This document shows positions 53,692 through 64,000 of a stretch of DNA of 64,000 bases, piece by piece (within the stretch, counting starts at the first letter, position 1; each line of letters starts with the position of its first letter). The stretch is from Salpingoeca rosetta. Taxonomy: Eukaryota; Protista; Choanoflagellata. The stretch covers positions 1,281,672 through 1,345,671 of the forward strand of contig JAWQFM010000009.1 of the NCBI GenBank assembly GCA_033442325.1. Reading direction: 5' to 3'. Below the pieces are notes generated by a model. That model saw nothing but the letters and a program-made list of their open reading frames with translations. It was not told the origin of the DNA and made no database searches. The translations under genes were made by a program, and so were the position numbers.

Positions 53692-54580
53692 CGTGGGAGC
53701 TGCTTGCTGGCTTGTTTTTGTTTTTGTTGGCTTGCAGAAAATCGTGTCAAGATATAGCAAACACGTTCTTCCACACCCACGTGGCGATTTTTCTTTCATG
53801 CCCCTTCTTTCGCGTCTTGTGCTTCTTCGCTCGCCTCGCGTCCCTTGCCTTCTTGTTCGCGACTTTTTTCATGTGGTTGGTTGTGGGTGTCGAGCCAAAC
53901 AAACACTCCGCCTTCTTCGTATCTGTTCGCTTGCTTGGGTCTTGTGTCTTCCAAGCAAGCAAGCAAGCCATCGCACCGTTCTTGCGTGTGCTTCCTTTGC
54001 CTTGTTTCCTCCCTCCCTCCCTCCCTCTCTCTCTCTCTCTCTCTTTGTGCTGCTTGCTGAAGTGGCAGCGCCTTCCGACCACCAGGTTGCTGTCTTTGTG
54101 TGTGGAAGTCAGAATCACACCGCACACACACAAGACACACGACACACGATTGTAACGTCACACAACATCATCGCGGTCGGTCACTTACGGTGCACCACAA
54201 GCAAGCAATCCCGGCTCTTTTATTTGGTTGGTTTTGCGGGGTTGCACCATCGCACAAGGGCGGCAGCAACACTTGCTTTTGGCGGCTGACTTTTGGCTTT
54301 TGTTCTGGTTTGAGCCGCCGACCTACCTCAGTCACAACCACGTCCACGAAAAGCCACCTTCCGCGGGTGTGGTGCTACCTCTGACGTGAAGCATCGTTTC
54401 TTACCTCCACCCGTCTCAAGTGGAGCCACAACTCAAGGCACCCCAAGCCTTATTGACACACCCGTGTGTTCCCGATCCGCTTCTAGTTCCCACCTTGTTT
54501 CTGAGTGGTACACCACGCTCTTCTCAACGCGTGTTTGTTTTGAGGGGCCCCCTCAGCGAACTTGACTCAGCACCATCATC

Positions 54581-55672
54581 ATGAGCTCCGAGAGCGCCAA
54601 CAGTAAGTCCATGTGCACACACTTTGCGTGTGCTTGATGGTTGCGTGCGTCATGCGTGTGCGTGATGGTTGTGTGTGCGTGCCTCTGTATGCATCGCGTG
54701 TGCATCCGTATTTGCATGCCCTAGTGTGCTTGTCACCCCTGCATCGCGTGCGCTCACGCAGATGGCATTCAACTCGATTCCGTTGTCTGATTGTGGCGCA
54801 CCCATACAGGCTCTCGGACGACGTTCGGCGACGTGTGGTTTATTGGTAGCGCACACGTCAGCCATCACAGGCGCAGCGAAGATGTTGTCGGAGCCATGCG
54901 CGGCCTGACTCAGCTCAACTCTCCACAGTACGTTCCATGCCGTTCTTGCTGCTGCCATATTGCCATCATGTGGTGTCTGTGCGTGCGTGTGTGCGTTTGT
55001 GTGGTGCGTTGTGGGGCATGTGTGTGTATGTGCTGCGTTGTGCCACGTGTGTGTGTGTGTTCTCATGTTGTTGTGTCGAGCCAATGAACGTGGTGATGAA
55101 AAGCACTCGTATCATCCTGAGCTCACGTGTGGTTGGCGTTGCTCCAACCCGCAACAGATACGTCGCTGACGCAGACGCCGTCCAAGTGACCTTTGCCATC
55201 ACTCCTACACATGTCAAGTGCTTCACAACGAACAACAAGGTATGTTGCCGCTTGGTTTGTTTTCCCGCCAGCCTGCCGTGGTCGTCGTCTACATGGAATG
55301 TACACATGTGAAGGTTGGCGTGTGTGTCGATGTGTCGACTTGAATCCTTCTATCACCACTCAAGCCACATTTCACTTGCTGTGCTTTATTTAGGAGGAGC
55401 GCCTGTCTTCGCCGCTCCAACAAATATCCTACTCCTGCTGCGGTCCCGTGACAACAGAATTGAGGTGCGTTCACACCTCAAGTAGCAGCTGTGCTCTTTC
55501 GTTATCATATGGTGTTTGTGTTTTTGTGTTTGTGTGGTGTATGTGTTTGTGGTGTTTGTGTGTGTGTGTGTGTGGTGTTTGTGTGTGTGTGTGTGTTTCA
55601 GATTCGTCGATTGCATGGATCGTGGCCACGCATGATACACTCACTTTCACGCTCACACACGCTCACACGCTC

Positions 55673-55707
<35 letters not shown>

Positions 55708-56176
55708 CACACTCACACCCTCACACTCACATACTGCAGGCAGTACTTTGCGTACGTATGTACCAACTTCATCGGGGATATGCCGCTTGGGTTTATCTGC
55801 CACGTGTTTCGGGCGCAAGACAAGGAGGCCGCCGAAGCGGTGGTGACAGCCCTGGGCGAGGTGTTCCGCGCAGCGCGGGAAGGCAGCAGCACGGACACCA
55901 CCAGCGTGAGCGGGCGCTCCCTGCAGAGCGGTGACTCTGTGATATCGCAGACAAGCGAATCGCTGGCGTCGCGATCATCGCGGCTCAGCGGGCCCGCATC
56001 CGCCTCCATGGGCAGCGCACACGACAGCTGCGTCACCCAGTCCCCACCTGAGGAGAGCAAGAGCCTCATGTCGGCCGCTTCCGGCTCCAAGTCACTCGGT
56101 GGCGACACGGCCACACCACACAGCCACCTGGCACAGCCGCGACTGCAACAATTACAGCACCAGCAGCAGCAGCACC

Positions 56177-56208
<32 letters not shown>

Positions 56209-58839
56209 AATGACCATACACACCGCCACCACGAGTCGCAGGCGCAGCACAAGCGACAGCGTCACCTCCATGGGCCGTCTCAGTCGCCTGCGCAGGTGCA
56301 ACGGCTCCGTGGCAAGGGCCACCGGCGCACGCGCAGCGAAGGCGCCAATTGGACCATCACCAGGACATCGAGTGCCGCCAACGTGACCGCTTCGGGACAG
56401 CCGACATCGCTGCAGGTGCTGGAGCAGCGCGCCGCGCGTATCCACGCCCGCCTCCGCGCCCTGTCCATGCTCAAGGAGCACAAGGACGAGGAGGGCCAGA
56501 AGCACGCGCGGTCCTTCACGGGCGACGCCATTGTTACGTGGCTCGTCTCCCAGAAGGAGGTGGAAACGCGCGCCGAGGCGGTCCAGTTTATGCAGACGCT
56601 TTTGAGCAACGGCGTGATTGATGCCGTGGGCGCCAACCCGCTGACCCAGTTTCGCGACGGCAACCGCCTCTATGCGTTTGCTGTCGACGTGAAGCGCGCG
56701 AACCGGCGACGCCGCCAGCAGCAGCTGCAGGAGCTTGGCCTGTCCTCGAGCGGGCGCGGTGGCGCTGGCGGACGACAGCGCACGCGCGTTGCATCGTGGC
56801 ACGCGGCCGAGCTCTCTGGCAGCATCGAGTCGCTCGTGGAGCGCAACCGCAACGAGAACATGCCCTCGGACGAGCTCAGCCTGCACGTGGACACGAAGAA
56901 CCCGCTGCTGAACAAGGCGCTTGTGAGCATCCGCACCAATGACGGTGACGCCCTGGCAGAGGTGCTGCCCGAGATTGAGAAGAGCGCATCTGTGGAAGCA
57001 GAGGACGACGACGGCGCCGCAACTGGCGCAGCAACCCCTGTTGAGGCAGATGGCTCTGCCTCTACCACGTCGACGACGACGCCCACGCCCACGCCCATGC
57101 CCACGCCCACGCACGGCGATGACCGTCCAAGTGCCGATGCTGGTGGCGGGGACCGCCCGATTTCCATCCCGCGCGAGCAAGTGCTGTCGCAGCTGCTTTA
57201 TTTATCCCTGTCGGCAGAGGCGAGCCAGTGCACGGAGCACTTGCTGCATGTGCGATGCGTGGATGTGAACGCGCCACTGAACCAGGAGGGCGACACGGCC
57301 CTGCACCGTGCCGCCGCCTGCAACAACAAGGCGGTGGTGATGCAGCTGCTGGACAACGGCGCGGACGTCAACGCCACGAACGACAGCGGATGCACGCCGC
57401 TCTTCTTTGCCGCGCAAAAGGCAGAGAACCACGAGTGCAGCATCTTGCTGGTGGAGAACGGCGCCTGCGTGCGAGCGGTCAACGCAGACGGCAAGCGCCC
57501 GATTGACCTGCAGCCGGCGCTGGCAGAGGCGCAGCGCTGCCTGTGCCAGTCCATTGGCGATAACCTCGCTGGCGGCAACGACGAGCTGGGCTCCCTGCGC
57601 ACGCTGGCGCGGCTGTCCATCAACCCGGAGACGCACGCGCTCCTGTGTGACGAGCTGAAGAAGGAGAAGGTGTTTGACGCCCTGCAAGCACTGTGTCAGC
57701 GCAACGCAGACGCGTCTGCCCTGGTCGAGGCGTACGTCCACAACTCGACTGCGCTCACGGGCCGCGGCCTGCTGGACGAGGACATCCTGCAGACGGTGCT
57801 CACGCTGATCCACGTCGGGGGCGAGGTGCAGCAGACGTGCCTGCACTCGCTCCTCACGGGCCTGCACGCGTTTCCAGACCAGGACGTGGACTTTCTCGTC
57901 TCCCTGGCCAAGCTCGACTTCTTGCCGCTCTTCACCATGGTGTGCGATGCGGAGGCCAACAAGCAGGTGCGAACGGACCTGAGCGCGCTGCTTGTGCTGC
58001 TGACGCGCCTGCCCAAGGCTCGTCGGCGGCTCTGCGCAGATCACAGCAATCTTCAGCGCCTCGTCTCAGCCGTGCAACGCGAATTCGCCATCATGCAGGC
58101 AGAAGAGGAGGAGGAAGAGGCAAACGGCCAAGGGCGCGGGATGATGGGCGCGGAAGCTGTTGGCAATGACGTGTTCACGTCTGCTGCTGCCGCTGCTGCT
58201 GCCACGGACATGCATTCGCCTGGCTTGGTCGGCATCACTGGCCGCCTGCATGGTGCGGATGGGGATGGCCAGTCCTCGCTCCCAGCCCCCGTGCCGAGCG
58301 TTGGCAATGGTGATACACGCAGCAATAAGAGCAACAACAACAGCAACAGCAGCACCAAGGACAAGGGTGGTGCCGTGGGCGAGGAGAGCTCAGAGGAGGA
58401 CATTCAAGACGACGAGTTTGTGCACGGGTTCACGGAAGAAGACATTTTGCGCGCGGAGGCGCTTGAGGCCGAAGAAGCAGAGGCTATTCGCCGCGGTGAC
58501 AGCGGTCGACGTGGCGGCGATAGCGATGATGGCGACGATAGCGACGATGGTGACGATGTGGCAAGCGATGGTATTGTGTGTTCTCGGCGCACGAGCATGG
58601 CCACGACGGTGCTGACGGGCCTGCCCTCGCTCACGGCGGGCCTCTTATCCAACCTCGTCAGCATGCTCTCCAACCTTTGCCATGACCTGGATAGCCACAA
58701 GGTGCTGGAGCAAATGGGTGTTTCTGACCTGTTGGGCAAACTCTTTGCGCAGCCCCACGCGGCCATCCACAACGAAGCTGTCCTCTCCCTCGTCATCCTC
58801 GGCCATCAAGGTGCTTTGATTCGGCCCATGACTCCACGT

Positions 58840-58891
<52 letters not shown>

Positions 58892-61800
58892 CACGGCGAA
58901 GGGCCTCGGCTATTTTTTTTTTGTGTTATCTTGGTATCGTGACGCACTTCCTTTCGTCCACGGTACTTTCTCATCTCACTCACTGTGCTGTGGCATGAAC
59001 AGACGCTGGCGATGTGGAATTGCTAGCGCCTCTCCCAAACCCCGGCCCTCTTGTGCTCAACACAGATGAAATGATCATTGGTGAGCCCCAGCATGCGTAA
59101 TTGCTCTTTCTCTTCTCGCACAATGTTCTTCTTCTTCTTTTTTTTTTTTTTTTTGGCTCTCTCCGCTGCTCTCCGCTGCTCTCCGCTGCCTTCTCGCCTG
59201 TGCTTCTCCTCATCCTCATAATCGTCGTCGTCGTCATGGAACCGCACGCTTCCTTCTCAGACCATGCTGCTTTCCTTCTCGTCACCTTTACACTCACCCC
59301 CACTTTCACTCACCCACCACCGACCGCCACCACGGCTGCATTCACCGATCAACCGCTACAACTTCCCTTCTGTTCGCCTTCGTGTGCGTTGCAGATGCGA
59401 CATCTGGGCGTGGCTTGGCCGAAGATGATGGAGCTGGCGACTCGCCCATCGACGTGCGTTCACGTGCAGACACTGGCGCGACTACAACCACGGCCACCCT
59501 TTCGTCCACCCGCGGCTCGTTTGCTGCCCCAGCACCATCCGCCACAGTCGTGGGCGGTGCGGCACTGGGCGTGGCAGATGCCGAGGGCTTGTGGCACAAG
59601 CTGCGTGCGGGCAATCTGCTGACGTGTCTGTCGCTGCTGCTGCACCACAACATGCCGACCATTGCCACGATGGCCACGCTGCTGATTGTCCACCAGCACC
59701 ACGAACCGCTCGTTGTGTTTCGCCTGCTGGCACACGAGTTCCGGCGCCGCGGCGCCATGTCTGCGGATGTGTTTACGACGCATGACGAAGTGGCAGTCAC
59801 GCCGTCGCACGCGCGCACACTGCGGTTGCTGCGAGCGTGGCTGTTTGCGGTGCAGCCGCTGATGCATGAGCGCTCGGCCATGCAGGCGGAGGTCAAGGCA
59901 TTTTTGGAGCACATGCGCCTGCTGGGCCCCGCGTACGAGGCGGAGGCGGCGTGCTTGCAGCAGGTCCTGCGCATGGCGGAGAGCAGCGACCCAAACCCGT
60001 TTGGAAACGGCCCGCGCGCGCTGACGGAAACGCGCCACCAGTCGTCGTACGCCCAGGCTGCGCACAACCGGCTGTACGACAACGCCCGCCAGCGTGTGCT
60101 CTCCGGGAGCATCCCGATTCCAAAAGACATTGCTGCGACCTTGGCTGCGGTGCAGCTGGTGGTTGAGGAGTCAATTCGCCGCAAGCTTCTGCCGCACCAG
60201 CGATTGCCGCCAGACGTCACGCCGGCGTTCAAGGTCAAGTCGATCATGCCGCCCGCCTTTGCGCGCGGGCGCGACGTGCCTGCCCTGATCAAGGCCGAGT
60301 TCCAGAACATGTGCCGGCAGAGCGAGCGCGACGCCAAGCACACGTACGTCCACCTGTACAACCTCTCTGTTGCGCACGACTGCGTGTACTTCAACGTGAA
60401 GCAGCCGACCGACTCGAAGCGCCGCATCCCGCGCATCCTGGGCATCTCACCGCAGTACGTGTTTGTGATTGACGCCAAGACGAAGCGCGTGTTGCACACG
60501 CACGAGATTGTGTCGCTGCGCCGGTGGGAGCGGACGCGGGACCGCTCCGGCTGGTCCATGTTTGGCGCCAAGCAGGCATGCCTCATCTTCTTCTTCAGCA
60601 GCACGGAGCTTGTGGTCTACGCCGACGACGCACTCGTGGAGGAGGTGAGCGAAACGCTCATGGAGAAGATCCAATCGCACCCGTGCCTGCAGCAGCTGAG
60701 GGATTCGGATCACCAGGTCCTGTTTCCCACGACCATCACCAACCCCGGCTCGAAGAAGCGAGGCGCGCACCCGCCCCGCCCCTTGATGATTACGCCCTCG
60801 CGGTCCAAGCCGGCGGCAGGCCTTGCCCAGTCGGCACCGGCGTCCGGCGTGCGCACTCGCGCGGGCACCAGCACAGGGGCCAGCAGGGCGCAGGCCGCGG
60901 CGGTGGCGGCAACAGCATCGACGCGGGCGTCAATGGCGTCTGCGATGACGGCTGCAGACGAAGGCGGCGACAAGCTGGGCGCGCTCGGCGGGGCTGCTGC
61001 CAACCGCAACCAGAACGTGCATGCTGGCATGCGGCTGCGGTCACAGCGAAGCGGCACGTGGACGCAGGGAACATCCACAGCGGCGGGCGTGGGCGGGCGG
61101 TCGTCTGTGTCCACAAGGCCGGCGGCGTCGTCGTCGTCATCGGCGGCATCTGCGTCGACAGCCGCCATGTCTCCGGGTGCAACGGCAGCGGCGGCGCTGC
61201 GGGGCCGAGGCGGCAGCGGGCGCTCGCACGACGAAATGTCTGACGATGCCAGCGATCTGGATCTAGACATGTTCACGCCAGCCGACGAAGTCGCTGCGAA
61301 GAAGAAGCGTGAGCAGGACGCGCCAAAGCCAGGCGAACCACAGCCACAGGCACAGCCACAGGCACAACACCGCCAACAACGACAGCACCAGCACGAAGAT
61401 GCTTCACAACAGCAACAGCAACAACAAGGAAAGGGCCAAGAGCCGACCATGGGTGCGCAGCGGCGGAGCACTGCGCTGTCGCAATCACCGCAGCACGCCC
61501 AGTTCCGTGGGCGGGCGCACTCCCACTCCATCTCGCCACTGCACAAACAACTTCACGGTGGCAGCCGTGCTGGGCATGGTCCGGCTGGCAGCGGGTCACC
61601 GCTTCGCTCGCCGCTGTCGCAGCAACTGACGTCGCTGCTGTCATCACCTGCGGCCACGGGAGACAAGTCGTTCAGCAGCCTGCACAGCGGCAGTGAACGT
61701 GGCGTGTCGTCGCCAGAGACCAGCGTGCCAACGACGCCGCGGCCAGGGACGCCCATGTACACGGTGCGCAACACGCCAACAGGCTCTCGCGCCCACACGC

Positions 61801-64000
61801 CGACGCAGTCACGGCAGCAGTCCATGCCCACGTCGCCGCAGCTGGTGCGTCGCGCGGCAGCTCCTCCTGCGTTTTCACTATCCGTGTCACCACAGATGGC
61901 TAGCTCCCCTGGCACACTGGCGGCGGTTGCCCCTATGCACACGCTGTCCCCGTCCCGTCGGGCCGGCATTGCCGGCACCGGCACCGGGGGCGGTGCTGTT
62001 CCTCATCCGCAGCAGCCACGCCGCTCAACGCTGGGCGGGCCCATCAGCAGACCTACGCGCCAAGGCAAAGACGCCTCGCCCATGGCCACACAGATGGAAG
62101 GGGTGAGCGCAACACAGCCGCGGCAACAGCAGCACCAGTCGCAGCGCCAGCAGCGGCCACGGCGTCACAGCGATGCCGCGGCGTTTGTGCGGTCGCGCCG
62201 ACGCCTCAACTTGGAGGATGACAGCACGACGGCTGCTTCTGTTCCTGGCGCAGGTGTGGATTCAAAGCCGCGGCGCTCATCGTCACTCGTGGAGGAGGAC
62301 GAGGGCGATGTGGATGACGCACGCACCGGCAGCGCAGGGCAGTCGAAGACGCGGTCAGCCGGGCGAGGCCGCCGGAACAGCAGCAGCGATAAAGGCAGAA
62401 ACAGCAGCAGCGGCGGTAGCAAGAGCGGCGGGGGCTTCAGGATGAGTTTGCGGCGCGCACGGAGCAAGAGCGTGAGCAGCGGCTCGAGTTGTAGCAAGAG
62501 TGACACCCGCGCGTCGTCGTCGTCGTCGTCCTCACGTGGCGGGGCGGGCAGTGCAGCTTCACACAAGACGTCTGATGAAAACCACCAGCGTCGTCGTCGT
62601 GGCATTGCTCCGGGTAGTGGCAGTGCAGCTCTCGACCGCAACAGCGGCAGCAACAACGACAATGCCAATGCCTCGGATGGCAACAGGGCCAGCGCCTCTG
62701 ATGAGCGCGGGCGGAAGGACCAGCGCCAGCGTCAGCGCGGTGGCGACCAGCAGCCGCAGCCGCGTCACAGTGGCAGCAACAAGAAGAGCGGTGGTGCTCT
62801 CACGCGCGTGTCTGCGTCTGCTTGTGTTTTGTTTCCGACAAGCACGCGGGGCAGCGCCACTGCGACGACAGCCAGCGGAGGCACAGCCACGCTGGAGGTT
62901 GAGCTTCGTGGAAACATGGAGCTGTTGTGCGTGAATGAGCCTGCGGCGGTGCTCGCTGCCATGAACGTGGGCGGCAATAGCGGTCGCAGCAACGGTGGGG
63001 TTGGTGGTGGCCGCCCGAATCCGAACAACCAGCCCGTGCGGCGCGATCGCGTTGCATCGACGTCGCAGCCGCGCTCCAACATCTGCGGCTGTCCTGGTAC
63101 GCCCATGCTGCCGCCAACGTTTGATGTGCAGCGCATCACGGTGCGGGCGCTGTTGGAGTGCCCCGTGGAGCTTGCGCGGCAGATGACGCTGATTGAGCAC
63201 GACCTGTTTAAGGACGTGACCGTGGCGGAGTGCTTCCGCCGCATGGTGACGCCCGCGTCGCCGACGGCATCGTCGTCGCTGCCGTCGCTGCCGGGCCAGC
63301 ACGCGGACGCGGTGGTGCGGTGCATTGTGCGCTTCAACCAGGTGACGTCGTGGGTGGCGACCATCATTTTGGACGAGGAGGCGCTTGAGCAGCGCTGCTA
63401 TGTGATTGAGCAGCTGCTGCACGTGGCCCACCACTGCCACAAGCTGCGCAACTTCAACGGGGTAATGGCCATCATCTCTGCGCTTGGCACGGCGGCCGTG
63501 CGCCGGCTGAGCGACACGTGGGACGCACTGTCGGCCAAGGCGCTTGAGCTCCACGTGCGCCTGTCGACGGTGATGGCTGCGGAGAACAACTTCCGCAACT
63601 ACCGCGCGCTGCTGCGGGAAACGGCTGCGCCGTGCGTGCCGTACTTTGGCATGTACCTCCGCGACCTGACGTTCCTGCACCAGGGCAACCAGGACTTTGC
63701 GCGGCGTGGCATGCTGAACGTGACCAAGATGCGGCTGCTTGGGTCGCTGCTGACGGAGATGGCGGCGTACCAGGCGGGCACGTACAAGCTCTTGCTTGTG
63801 CCGGAGATTCACACGTTCCTGCTGCATGTGCAAGGGAAGAGCGAGGACGAGCTGTTTCGCCAGTCGCAGCAGCTGCAACCGCCGACGCTTCGCAAGCTGC
63901 AGCGGTCTGCCTCTCGTCAGCGTCCGCCATCTGCTGGCCGCAAGCAGAGCCTGTCCCGCAAGCTCTCCAGCCACAACCTCTCCTTTATGCGCGGCGCGTT
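54581..64000 (+). CDS. Large Ras-family GEF: PTB - DEP - ankyrin repeats - helical (ARM-like) region - REM - talin-like FERM F2/F3 - low-complexity linker - CDC25 domain (3' truncated)
   Basis: Exons ~54581-54602, 54810-54927, 55158-55239, 55394-55464, 55740-58810, 59066-59080 and 59395->64000 join in frame. Motifs: WFIGS...FAY...FICHVF (PTB); FTGDAIVTWL...FRDGNRLYAF (DEP); GDTALHRAA and GCTPLFFAA (ankyrin); ELARQMTLIEHDLF...LRNFNGVMAIISAL...PCVPYFGMYLRDLTFLHQGN (CDC25). Confidence 0.88.

Noticed and set aside
55093-55122. Box C/D-like words (TGATGA...CTGA) in an intron
   Set aside because: The spacing is too short and there is no convincing terminal stem or guide sequence, so a snoRNA cannot be supported.
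59342-63974. Long minus-strand ORFs (420 aa, 471 aa and others)
   Set aside because: Antisense shadows of the GC-rich RasGEF exon, with no recognisable motifs.

Overview
Gene-dense, intron-rich eukaryotic DNA with GC-rich exons and introns/UTRs packed with (CA)n/(GT)n and other microsatellites. The style and animal-like gene set suggest a unicellular holozoan, most likely a choanoflagellate such as Salpingoeca rosetta (inference, not verified). Manual splicing gives 14 protein-coding genes: a truncated secreted Cys-rich protein, SPCS1, a CEP104-like gene, a single-pass receptor-like protein, a KDM5 demethylase, an intronless GT4 glycosyltransferase, GPKOW, an EF-hand/WD40 (WDR49-like) protein, an intronless ASMT-like O-methyltransferase, a UBE3A-like HECT ligase, ARMC6, a secreted cupredoxin-like/mucin/C-type lectin/PAN protein, an SDR, and a large PTB-DEP-ankyrin-REM-FERM-RasGEF protein that runs off the right edge. 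The ORF track misses that gene's last exon. Most short ORFs in the track are microsatellite or antisense artefacts. The best leads are the multidomain RasGEF, a strand-polar GT-after/CA-before microsatellite pattern around exons, the secreted lectin, and the ASMT with a mitochondrial-type leader. No rRNA, tRNA, CRISPR array or transposase was recognised.
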